A DNA stretch of 64,000 bases from NCBI GenBank assembly GCA_963770565.1, contig CAVYQE010000011.1, positions 896,001 to 960,000 of the forward strand, written 5' to 3'. Below are positions 29,677-38,671 of this stretch, piece by piece. The notes under the pieces were generated by a model. The model did not search any database. It was given only the letters and a program-made list of their open reading frames with translations, and was not told where the DNA came from. The position numbers and the translations under genes were made by a program. Positions within the stretch are counted from its first letter, which is position 1, and every line of letters starts with the position of its first letter. Source of the stretch: an uncultured Actinomycetota bacterium (lineage in GTDB: Bacteria > Actinomycetota > Actinomycetes > JAFAQI01).

Positions 29677-31134
29677 TTAGGCGCGGAGCTTGCGGAGCGC
29701 GGTGAGCCAGCGGTCGTAGTCGGCGTCGTTTCGTTGTCCCGGCTCGAATCGGCGGTCGAGCCGCCAGGTGTCACGCAGCTCGTCGGTCGATGACCAGGTA
29801 CCGACCGCGAGCCCGGCCAGGAATGCGGCGCCGAGCCCGGTGGTCTCGGCCACCTGCGGCCGCCGCACCGGCACCTGCAGCTGGGTCGCCTGCATTTGAC
29901 AGAGCAGGTTGTTAGCGGCCGCGCCACCGTCGACGGACAGCTCCGGTACTCCGATCCCGGCGTCACGCGTCATCACGTCGACCACGTCCCGCACCTCGAA
30001 CGCGATCGCTTCGAGCGTTGCTCGGACGACATGCGCGCGCGTGGTGCCGCGGGTGATCCCGATGATCATGCCGCGCGCGTCGGGATCCCAGTGCGGGGCG
30101 CCGAGCCCGGTGAGCGCGGGCACGAACACGACTCCGCCCGAGTCCTCGACCGACCCGGCAACCGCCTCGGACTCGCTCGCATTGCTGATGATCCCGAGCC
30201 CATCGCGAAGCCACTGAATCGCCGAGCCGGTGACGAACACCGCGCCCTCGAGGGCATAGACCAGGCCGTGGCCGATGTCCCAGGCCACCGTTGTCAGCAG
30301 GCCGGCGTCCGAGCGCACGGCGGTGCCGCCGGTGTTGACCAGGACGAACGAACCGGTGCCGTACGTGCACTTGCTATCGCCGTCGCCGAAACAGGCTTGG
30401 CCGAACAACGCCGCCTGCTGGTCGCCGGCCACGCCGGCGATCGGCAGGTCGAGACCGAGGAACGCGCCCGGGTCGGTCCGGCCGAAGTCGCCGCTCGATC
30501 GTCGTACCTCTGGCAGTGCGGCTCGCGGCACCGCCAGCAGGTCGCACAGCTCCTCGCTCCACTCACCGGCTCGGATGTCGAACAACAGCGTGCGGCTGGC
30601 GTTGCTGGGGTCGGTCGCGTGGACCGCCCCGCCGGTCAACCGGGCGACCAAGTAGGCGTCAACCGTGCCGACCGCGACCTGGCCGGAGGTGACGCCGGCC
30701 CAGCTTGTCGGGTCGTTCTCCGCCAGCCAGGTCAGCTTCGTGCCGGTGAAGTACGGGTCGAGCCGCAGGCCGGTCAGTTCGGCGACCCGCGGCTCGTGCC
30801 CGGCGTCGCGTAGCCGGCCACAGATCGCGGTCGTACGCCGGTCCTGCCACACGATCGCGCGGCGGGGGGCGGCGAGGGTCTGGCGGTCCCAGAGCACCGC
30901 GGTCTCGCGCTGGTTGGTGATGCCGACCGCTTCGGGTGCGGGGCCGGTGGCCAGCGCGCTGCGGCAGGCCGCGAGGGTGGCCTGCCAGATCTCCTCGGGT
31001 TCGTGCTCGACCAGGCCGGGCTGCGGGAAGTGCTGGGCGAACTCCTGGTAGCCGCGCGCGGCGACCTCGCCGGTCTCGGTGACGATCAGCGCGGTGACGC
31101 CGGTCGTGCCGGCGTCGATGGCCAGGATGCTCAC
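29677..31134 (-). CDS. glpK: Glycerol kinase
   Basis: AIDAGTT, GITNQRET, WQDRR, GDQQAALFGQ, KCTYGTG. Confidence 0.95.
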   Translation of the reverse strand: MSILAIDAGTTGVTALIVTETGEVAARGYQEFAQHFPQPGLVEHEPEEIWQATLAACRSALATGPAPEAVGITNQRETAVLWDRQTLAAPRRAIVWQDRRTTAICGRLRDAGHEPRVAELTGLRLDPYFTGTKLTWLAENDPTSWAGVTSGQVAVGTVDAYLVARLTGGAVHATDPSNASRTLLFDIRAGEWSEELCDLLAVPRAALPEVRRSSGDFGRTDPGAFLGLDLPIAGVAGDQQAALFGQACFGDGDSKCTYGTGSFVLVNTGGTAVRSDAGLLTTVAWDIGHGLVYALEGAVFVTGSAIQWLRDGLGIISNASESEAVAGSVEDSGGVVFVPALTGLGAPHWDPDARGMIIGITRGTTRAHVVRATLEAIAFEVRDVVDVMTRDAGIGVPELSVDGGAAANNLLCQMQATQLQVPVRRPQVAETTGLGAAFLAGLAVGTWSSTDELRDTWRLDRRFEPGQRNDADYDRWLTALRKLRA

Positions 31135-31220
31135 TGGTGCACCCACAACGGGTGCACCAGTGCGGTGACGCCGACGTCATGGGGGCGAGCCACCTTCGCT
31201 TCGCTTCGGTACTCGCTCAT
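31131..31220 (-). other. Intercistronic coupling mini-ORF MSEYRSEAKVARPHDVGVTALVHPLWVHQ with a hairpin over the glpK start
   Basis: ATGA overlaps the DUF1028 stop and GTGA overlaps the glpK start; 13-bp perfect inverted repeat at 31132-31162. Confidence 0.7.
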
Positions 31221-32074
31221 TGGCTTGCTGCGGCTGCCTTGTCCCGCAGCACCTGGAGCACGACCGGGTCGATCTTCGGCTCGGATACGAGGCGGTCCTC
31301 GAGGTTCTCGATGCCGGCCCAGTCCCACAGCGCGAGCCCGATCGATGCCACGTCGTCACCGGCCGGGGGATGGCCGAGCGTGGTCAGCAGCCCGCTCACC
31401 TCCCGGGCGATCTCGTCGGTGACCACGAGCAGGTCCTCGGTGTCGGCCTTGGAGAACAGCAGCTCGTGCAGGTCGAGCAGTCGATTCAGCTCCGGCACCG
31501 GCCGCTCCGCGTCGTCGACCCGCAGGTCGACGTGGATGTCCGAGGTCGCGCCGTACCCGCTGTCGGCCCGGGCGACCAGCAGGGCAGTGCTCTGCCGGCC
31601 GCGGCGGTCGCCGCCGGCGTCGTCACCGGCAGCCAGCGCGGCCATCAGCCGGCGGGCGAGCGGGGCGGCTGGATCGCTGGCCAGCCAGGCCTTCGCCATC
31701 TCGTCGACCACTTCGGGCCCGGTCAGGATGTTGCCCTGGATCGCGTAGCCGGCGCCGGTAACGCCACCGGCCCACGGGTGGCAGCCGTCGCCGGTGAACG
31801 TCGCGGCCCGGCCCTCGCCGTCGACGATGCCGGCCTGGCGCTGCTCGCGCAACTCGTCCGCGGCGGTGAGTGCGTCGAGGGTCTGCTGGGCGCTCAGGCC
31901 CTGCTCGAGGTGGGACAGGCCCTGCGGCCGGTAGGCGAGGTTGGCGAAGGACTGGGTGGCGATCGCGCCGACGCCCGCTCGGGCGGCCGGCACCGCCGAT
32001 CCCACCGCCAGGAACTTGGATGCAACGGCCACCCCCCACGAGGTGCCGTCGGTGGCCGCGATCGAGAAGGTCAT
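31217..32074 (-). CDS. DUF1028 (Ntn-hydrolase-like) protein
   Basis: MTFSIAA, GVAVASKFLAVG, QGNIL, GDRRGRQS, DLRVDD. Confidence 0.93.
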   Translation of the reverse strand: MTFSIAATDGTSWGVAVASKFLAVGSAVPAARAGVGAIATQSFANLAYRPQGLSHLEQGLSAQQTLDALTAADELREQRQAGIVDGEGRAATFTGDGCHPWAGGVTGAGYAIQGNILTGPEVVDEMAKAWLASDPAAPLARRLMAALAAGDDAGGDRRGRQSTALLVARADSGYGATSDIHVDLRVDDAERPVPELNRLLDLHELLFSKADTEDLLVVTDEIAREVSGLLTTLGHPPAGDDVASIGLALWDWAGIENLEDRLVSEPKIDPVVLQVLRDKAAAASQ

Positions 32075-32153
32075 GCCGCAGGGTATTAGTCCGGCCCGAC
32101 CGCGCGCCGCATCGTGCCAAGGGACCTCGAACCCGGGGCACTAGGCTCGCGTC

Positions 32154-33179
32154 GTGCGAATCGGTGTGCTGACCGGCGGTGGCGACTGTCCAGGGCTCAA
32201 TGCGGTGATCCGGGCCGCGGTGCGCAAGGGCACGGAGACCTACGGCCACTCGTTCCTGGGCTTCCGCGACGGCTGGAAGGGCCCGCTCGAGGGCCTGACA
32301 ATGCCGCTCGACGTCTCGGCGACCCGCGGCATCCTGCCTCGCGGCGGCACCATCCTCGGCTCGTCTCGCACCAACCCGCTGAAGGTCGACGGCGGCATCG
32401 AGGCGATCCGCGCCAACCTTCGGTCGCTTGAGGTCGACGCGCTGATCGCGATCGGCGGTGAGGACACCCTCGGCGTCGCGACCGTCCTGGCCGCCGAAGG
32501 GCTGCGGGTGGTCGGCGTACCGAAGACCATCGACAACGACCTCAGCGCCACCGACTACACCTTCGGCTTCGACACCGCGGTGCAGATCGCGGTCGACGCG
32601 ATCGACCGCTTGCACACGACCGCGGAGTCGCACCACCGGGTGCTGATCGTCGAGGTGATGGGCCGGCACGCGGGCTGGATCGCGTTGCACTCGGGCCTGG
32701 CCGGCGGGGCGAACGTCATTCTGATCCCCGAGCGGCCGTTCGACATCGACCAGGTCTGTGCCTTCATCGAGCACCGGTTCGCCTCGCACTACTCGCCGAT
32801 CGTCGTCGTGGCCGAAGGCGCGGTGCCCGCGGCCGGCACGATGGCGCTGCAGGACCAGGGCGTCGACGCCTTCGGTCATGTGCGGCTCGGGGGGATCGGG
32901 TCGATGCTCGCTGCGGAGATCGAGGCCCGCACCGGTAAGGAAGCCCGGGCCACGGTGCTCGGGCACGTGCAACGAGGGGGTACGCCGACCGCGTACGACC
33001 GGGTGCTCGCGACCAGGTTCGGCCTGCATGCAATCGACGCGGTTCACGAGGGCGACAGCGGCGTGATGGTCGCGCTCCGCGGCACCGAGATCGTCCGGGT
33101 GCCGCTCGCCGACGCGACCAGTGAGCTGAAGACGGTTTCACCCGAGCGCTATGCAGAGGTCGAGGTCTTCTTCGGGTGA
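32154..33179 (+). CDS. pfkA: 6-phosphofructokinase
   Basis: GGDCPGLN, GGEDT, PKTIDND, EVMGR. Confidence 0.97.
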   Translation: MRIGVLTGGGDCPGLNAVIRAAVRKGTETYGHSFLGFRDGWKGPLEGLTMPLDVSATRGILPRGGTILGSSRTNPLKVDGGIEAIRANLRSLEVDALIAIGGEDTLGVATVLAAEGLRVVGVPKTIDNDLSATDYTFGFDTAVQIAVDAIDRLHTTAESHHRVLIVEVMGRHAGWIALHSGLAGGANVILIPERPFDIDQVCAFIEHRFASHYSPIVVVAEGAVPAAGTMALQDQGVDAFGHVRLGGIGSMLAAEIEARTGKEARATVLGHVQRGGTPTAYDRVLATRFGLHAIDAVHEGDSGVMVALRGTEIVRVPLADATSELKTVSPERYAEVEVFFG

Positions 33180-34483
33180 CGATTGCTGCGCAGCAGCCGG
33201 ACTGGCCCGATCCGGCCGAGGTTGCTGCCGTCGGGGCGGAGCTCGCCGTGCTGCCCGGCCTGGTCGATCCGGCCGACTGTGACGTCCTGCGGGAGCGGCT
33301 GGCCGCGGCCGGCCGCGGCCAGGCGTTCGTGTTGCAGGGCGGTGACTGCGCCGAAACCTTCGCCGGTGTAGTGGACGCGCAGGTGCGCGACAAGCTGCGG
33401 ACGATCCTGCAGATGGCGGTCGTGCTGACGTACGGCGCCGGGTTGCCGATCGTCAAGATCGGCCGGATGGGTGGGCAGTTCGCCAAGCCCAGGAGCACCG
33501 ACATCGAGGCGTTGACCGGGTTGCCGTCGTACCGCGGGGATGCGGTCAACGACCTGGCCGCAACGCCCGAGGCGAGGATCCCGGATCCGCGCCGGATGTT
33601 GCAGGCGTACCACGCGAGCGCCACGACCCTCGCGCTGCTGGCGCAGCACACCCGCGGCGGGCTGGCCGACCTGCACCAGGTGCACGACTGGAACAAGGAC
33701 TTCGTCCGCGCCTCGCCGGCCGGCGAGCGCTACGAGCAACTCGCTCAGGACATCGACCGGGCGCTGGCGTTCATGCGGGCCTGCGGGGTCGACCTCGACC
33801 ATGAGGCGACGATGCACGGGGTCGAGTTCTTCGCCAGCCACGAGGCGCTGCTGCTCGACTACGAACGTCCCTTGACCCGGCACGACGACACCCGCGACGC
33901 CGACTACGACCGCTCCGGCCACATGGTCTGGATCGGCGAGCGCACCCGGGCGATCGACGGCGCGCATGTCGAGTTCGCGAGCCGGATCGCCAACCCGATC
34001 GGGGTGAAGCTGGGCCCGGGTGTGTCAGTGGACGAGGCGATCGCACTTGCCGGGCGGCTCGATCCGGACCAGCTGCCGGGCCGGTTGAGCTTCATCACCC
34101 GGATGGGAGCCGACCGGGTTCGCGAGGTCCTGCCGGACCTGGTCGCCGGGGTCGCGGCCGCCGGTGTGTCCGTCACCTGGATCTGCGATCCCATGCACGG
34201 CAACACAATCTCCTCGCCGAGCGGCTACAAGACCCGGCGCTTCGACGACGTGATCGACGAGGTGCGCGGCTTCTTCGAGGTGCACCGCGGCCTTGGTACG
34301 ACGCCGGGCGGGATCCACGTCGAGCTGACCGGCGAGGACGTCACCGAGTGCCTCGGCGGCGCACTCGACATCGACCACACCGATCTCGCCGGGCGCTACG
34401 AGACCGCGTGCGACCCGCGGCTGAACACCGGCCAGTCGCTGGAGCTGGCCTTCCTGGTCGCGGAGATGCTGCACGGCGGCTGA
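33176..34483 (+). CDS. Class II DAHP synthase
   Basis: QGGDCAE, GQFAKPRS, WIGERTR, CDPMHGNT, CDPRLN. Confidence 0.96.
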   Translation: MTIAAQQPDWPDPAEVAAVGAELAVLPGLVDPADCDVLRERLAAAGRGQAFVLQGGDCAETFAGVVDAQVRDKLRTILQMAVVLTYGAGLPIVKIGRMGGQFAKPRSTDIEALTGLPSYRGDAVNDLAATPEARIPDPRRMLQAYHASATTLALLAQHTRGGLADLHQVHDWNKDFVRASPAGERYEQLAQDIDRALAFMRACGVDLDHEATMHGVEFFASHEALLLDYERPLTRHDDTRDADYDRSGHMVWIGERTRAIDGAHVEFASRIANPIGVKLGPGVSVDEAIALAGRLDPDQLPGRLSFITRMGADRVREVLPDLVAGVAAAGVSVTWICDPMHGNTISSPSGYKTRRFDDVIDEVRGFFEVHRGLGTTPGGIHVELTGEDVTECLGGALDIDHTDLAGRYETACDPRLNTGQSLELAFLVAEMLHGG

Positions 34484-34510
34484 CCGATCCGGGGTGGCTG
34501 CGTTCCGCGT

Positions 34511-35389
34511 CTAGCGAATGATCACCGCGATCGCGATCCCGAGGGTCAGCGCGAGCACCAGCACGATCACCGCGAACACCGGGGAGACCGCGGGTCCCGG
34601 GTCGCGGTCCTCGTCGACCGCCCGCAGGACCGCCTCGTGGCTGGGCAGGACCGCGACCGCCCGGGTCGCGATCCGGCCGATCATCGCCTCGCGGGCGTCG
34701 TCGTCCATGGCCCGGATCGGCAGGCCGGCCGCGAGCCGCCGGCCCTTGGCGAGGGTCTCCATCACGGTCTCGCAGGCCGGGCAGTGGGCGGTGTGGCGCC
34801 GCAGCGGCGCGGCCCGGGGTGCTTCGAGGGTCCCTTCGGCCATCCGGCTGAGCGAGACCAGGTCGACCGTGGTCCGGCCCTCATGTGCGGACAGGTCGGG
34901 CACGGCGACCCCGTCGTACGCCGCGACCAGGTGCAGCCGCCCGGCCGCGGTCAGCTCGGCGGCCGACTCGGTGCCCCGGCGAAGCGCGACGCCGACCGCC
35001 TGGGGCGGCAGGTCGTAGCCGTCGCGCAGCACCACTGCGGCCCGCTCGCCCTCGGGCAGCCCGGCGAGGGCGGCCCTGATCTGCGCCTCGCCCCCGGTGC
35101 CGGCGAGCACGCTGGCCGGCTCCTCGACCGTGGTCAGGCTGCCCGGTGCGTTGGCCATGCTGCCGTGCTCGATCGCCCGGGCGAACCACCAGCCGGCGAG
35201 GTCGATGACGGTCTCGGGCTCGGTGACGACCGCATCGAGCAAGGCGAAGGCCTGGGTCTCGCTGACGTCGATCGCTTCCAGCACCGGCGCCCCGCTGCGG
35301 CGGAGCAGGTCGTTGACCCGGTCGGCATAGACCCGCACCGCGCTGACGAAGTCGTCCGCGGAGACGAGGGCGACGACGTCGCGGGGCAC
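34511..35389 (-). CDS. ECF-sigma-like protein fused to a zinc anti-sigma (HxxxCxxC) domain and a C-terminal TM
   Basis: Region-4-like LPEGERAAVVLRDGYDLPPQAVGVAL; RRHTAHCPAC; TAACCT -10 lies 7 nt before GTG 35389. Confidence 0.75.
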   Translation of the reverse strand: MPRDVVALVSADDFVSAVRVYADRVNDLLRRSGAPVLEAIDVSETQAFALLDAVVTEPETVIDLAGWWFARAIEHGSMANAPGSLTTVEEPASVLAGTGGEAQIRAALAGLPEGERAAVVLRDGYDLPPQAVGVALRRGTESAAELTAAGRLHLVAAYDGVAVPDLSAHEGRTTVDLVSLSRMAEGTLEAPRAAPLRRHTAHCPACETVMETLAKGRRLAAGLPIRAMDDDAREAMIGRIATRAVAVLPSHEAVLRAVDEDRDPGPAVSPVFAVIVLVLALTLGIAIAVIIR

Positions 35390-35438
35390 GCGGAATAGGT
35401 TAGGGCGACTCGGTACCCAATCCTTGGAGGCAGCGCCC

Positions 35439-36479
35439 GTGCCGGCAATCGTCGACCTTCGCAGCGACACCGTGACGCGCCCGACCGAGGCGATGCGGCG
35501 GGCCATGGCCGAGGCCGAGGTCGGCGACGACGTCTACTCGGAGGACCCGTCCGTCAACGCTCTCGAGGCCGAGGTGGCCGAGCTGTTCGGGCACGGCGCG
35601 GCGATGTTCGTGCCGACCGGCACGATGGGCAACCAGGTCGCGCTTCGGATGCTCTGCGGGCATGGCGATGAGCTGCTCTGCGACGCGGACGCGCACATCG
35701 TCAGCTACGAGGCGGGCGGTCTTGCGGCCCAGGGCGGGATCCAGACCCGCACGATGGTGGTGCCGAACGGCCGCCTGACTCCCGAGGTGGTCGAACCGCA
35801 GATCCGGACGGTCGGCTTCCACGCGGTGCCCACCAAGGCGCTGGCGGTCGAGCAGACCCACAACCGGGGTGGGGGAGCGGTCTACTCGTTCGCCCTCCTG
35901 CACGAGCTGCGGGCCTTGTCCGCCGCGCACGGGCTCGCACTGCACTGCGACGGCGCCCGGATCTGGAACGCGCACGTCGCGTCCGGCGTGCCCCTGACGA
36001 CGTACGGCGACCTGTTCGACACCCTGTCGGTCTGCCTGAGCAAGGGTCTCGGCGCTCCGGTCGGCTCGATGGTCGTGATGAAGGACCCGGATCGGCTGGA
36101 GGCGGCGCGCGACCTGCGGCATCGGCTCGGCGGCGCGATGCGGCAGGCCGGCATTCTTGCCGCGGCCGGCCGGTACGCGATCGCCCATCACATCGAGCGG
36201 CTCGCCGACGACCACGAACGCGCGAAGCGGCTCGCGGCCGGCATTGCCGATGCGGCACCCGGCGTTGCCGACCCGGACGAGGTCGAGACCAACATCGTGA
36301 TGCTTGATGTGTCCGGCGTACCGATCGATGCGGTGACCCTCGCGGCGGTCTGCGAGGAGGAGGGCGTGCTCGTGTCGTGCATGGCGTCGCAGTGGGTGCG
36401 GCTCGTCACGCATCTCGATGTCGACGACGCCGGCATCGAGCGCGCGCTCGACGTGATCCGCCCGGCCCTCGCCGGTTAG
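35439..36479 (+). CDS. ltaE: Low-specificity L-threonine aldolase
   Basis: DLRSDTVT, GDDVY, HCDGARIWN, CLSKGLGAP. Confidence 0.95.
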   Translation: MPAIVDLRSDTVTRPTEAMRRAMAEAEVGDDVYSEDPSVNALEAEVAELFGHGAAMFVPTGTMGNQVALRMLCGHGDELLCDADAHIVSYEAGGLAAQGGIQTRTMVVPNGRLTPEVVEPQIRTVGFHAVPTKALAVEQTHNRGGGAVYSFALLHELRALSAAHGLALHCDGARIWNAHVASGVPLTTYGDLFDTLSVCLSKGLGAPVGSMVVMKDPDRLEAARDLRHRLGGAMRQAGILAAAGRYAIAHHIERLADDHERAKRLAAGIADAAPGVADPDEVETNIVMLDVSGVPIDAVTLAAVCEEEGVLVSCMASQWVRLVTHLDVDDAGIERALDVIRPALAG

Positions 36480-36482
36480 CGG

Positions 36483-37508
36483 CTACGGCACCGTCACCAG
36501 GCGCTTCCCGACCAACGGCGGCAAGTCGCGGGCCGCGGCGGCGAGAGCCTGCAGGTCGACGTCGACGAGCGCCTGAGGTCCGTCACATAGCGCGGTGCCG
36601 GGCTCCGGGTGCAGGTCGACCATGACCGCGTCGGCACCGGCCGCAATCGCGGCGCGGGCGAGCGGTACGACGAGCTCGCGCCGGCCGCCGGCATGTGACG
36701 GGTCGACGATCACCGGCAGGTGTGACAGCGAATGGACCAGCGGCACGGCGCTGATGTCCAGGGTGTTGCGGTAGGCGGTCTCGAAGGTGCGGATCCCGCG
36801 TTCGCACAGCACGATGTCGAGGTTGCCGCGCTGCGCGATGTATTCCGCCGCCATCAGCCACTCCTCGATGGTGGCGTTCATGCCGCGCTTGAGCATGACC
36901 GGCTTGCCGACGCTGCCGGCGGCCTGCAGCAGCGCGAAGTTCTGCATGTTGCGGGTGCCGATCTGAAGCATGTCGGCGTACCCGCTGACCAGGTCGACGT
37001 CCTGCGCGTCGACGACCTCGGTGACGATCGGCAGCCCGGTCTCCGCCTTGGCTTCCGCGAGGATCCTCAGACCGGCTTCGCCGAGACCCTGGAAGGCGTA
37101 CGGCGACGTGCGCGGCTTGAACGCACCGCCGCGCAACAGGGCGGCACCGGCGGACTTCGCCATCCGGGCAGCTGCGACAGTCTGCTCCGGCGTCTCGACC
37201 GCGCACGGCCCGGCAATCAGCGTGAAGGTCGCAGGCCCGATCGGCACCCCGTCGACCGACACGGTCGATGTCTCGGGATGGTTCTCCCGGCTGACCAGCT
37301 TGTAGGCGGCCGAGATCCGGACGACGTTGCTGACCCCGGGCAGAGCGTCGAGGTTCAGCGTCTCGAACTGCTCGACGTCGCCGACCAGGCCCACGATCGT
37401 GCGGTGCACGCCGCGGCTGACGAACGCCGAGCCGCCCGCGCCCTGCACCGTGCGGACCACGGCGTCCAGCTGCTCGGCTGTTGCCTCCGATGTCATGACC
37501 ACCACCAT
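36483..37508 (-). CDS. aroF: Class I-beta DAHP synthase with N-terminal regulatory domain
   Basis: IAGPCAVE, GGAFKPRTSPY.FQG, QIGTRNMQN, CERGIRTFE, DPSH. Confidence 0.96.
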   Translation of the reverse strand: MVVVMTSEATAEQLDAVVRTVQGAGGSAFVSRGVHRTIVGLVGDVEQFETLNLDALPGVSNVVRISAAYKLVSRENHPETSTVSVDGVPIGPATFTLIAGPCAVETPEQTVAAARMAKSAGAALLRGGAFKPRTSPYAFQGLGEAGLRILAEAKAETGLPIVTEVVDAQDVDLVSGYADMLQIGTRNMQNFALLQAAGSVGKPVMLKRGMNATIEEWLMAAEYIAQRGNLDIVLCERGIRTFETAYRNTLDISAVPLVHSLSHLPVIVDPSHAGGRRELVVPLARAAIAAGADAVMVDLHPEPGTALCDGPQALVDVDLQALAAAARDLPPLVGKRLVTVP

Positions 37509-37540
37509 CGCTGCGTGTCTCCTCGAAAAGGACCGGCACG

Positions 37541-37572
37541 AAAAAAGCCCCGGGCGAGTGCGCCCGGGGCTC
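37541..37572 (-). terminator. Intrinsic terminator of the aroF attenuator
   Basis: Minus strand GAGCCCCGGGCG-CACT-CGCCCGGGGCT-TTTTT, 33 nt upstream of the aroF start. Confidence 0.92.
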
Positions 37573-37592
37573 GTCGTTGCGGAGTCGCGCTG

Positions 37593-37655
37593 CTACTCCA
37601 CCCGACCGAGCGATAGCCCGGGCCTGGCGTAATAGCAAAAGAACCAGCGCGTCAC
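37593..37655 (-). CDS. aroF leader peptide MTRWFFCYYARPGLSLGRVE
   Basis: GTG ACG CGC TGG TTC TTT TGC TAT TAC...TAG; TAGCAT -10 lies 6 nt upstream; followed by the terminator. Confidence 0.88.
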   Translation of the reverse strand: MTRWFFCYYARPGLSLGRVE

Positions 37656-37664
37656 ACGATCATG

Positions 37665-38553
37665 CTACTCGAACCGTTCGATCGCCGCATCCTTGGCCTG
37701 CTTCGGGGAGAGCTCGACCATGTACATGGCGAGGAGGACGAGTGCCGCGCCCACGATGATCCGCGGCCCGAGGTGGTCCCCGCCGAGGGTCACGCCGAAG
37801 ATCCCGGCGAAGACCGGCTCCATCGTCAGCACCACCGCGGTCCGGGTCGGCGCGAGATGGGTCTGAGCCCAAGTCTGGATCAGGTACGCCAGGGTCGTCG
37901 CTGCGAGTGAGGTCAGCAGGATCGCGCCCCAGACGGCTGCATCCGGAGGTGGCGCCAGCGTGCTCGGGCGCGGCGATCACGATCGACAGCACCGCAACCG
38001 TGGTCAGTTGCACGACGGCAAGACCCGCCGACTCGTACGACGATGACCACTCGCCGAGACCGACGATGTGCAGGCCGAAGGCAAGCGCGCAGACCAGGGT
38101 CAGCGCCTCGCCGCCGCCGATCGAGAAGCCGTGCAACGAGATGAAGCCGAGCCCGATGGTCGCAAGGACGACCGCCGCCAGCGTCATCCGGTCGAGCCGG
38201 CGGCGCAGCAACACCGCAGCACACAGCGGGGTGAAGACGACGAAGAGCCCGGTGATGAAACCCGAGATCGATGCCGGGGTGTGCTGGAGCCCGACGGTCT
38301 GTGCGATGTATCCGCCGCCCAGGGCCAGGCCAAGCGCGATGCCGGCTCGCCAACCCTTTGCGTCAAGGCTCAGCACTGACCGTGGCCGGACCAGAGCCAT
38401 CGCGATCGCCGCGATGGCGAACCGCCAGGCCAGGAAGTCCATCACCGGCATCCGGGTCACCGCATGTTTCACGATGACGAACGTCGAGCCCCAGACTGCC
38501 GTGACCGCGACCAGCCCGACGGTGGCAAGACGTTGCTCCCGCGCGGTCGCCAC
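37665..38553 (-). CDS. EamA/DMT family transporter; one apparent +1 frameshift near 37966
   Basis: VWGSTF...FITGLFVVFTP; C-terminal half (AYLIQTWAQ...TMEPVFAGIFG) continues in another frame to TAG at 37665. Confidence 0.88.
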
Positions 38554-38671
38554 AGGTACATCCTTCGGTATCGGTCTGAGCTGCACGGATAGCTACCCGG
38601 CGCCGAGCCAACTGATCTCGGCCGGCAATGCATGTCTACAGGGCACAACAGGGCGCGTCGATACATGTCAG

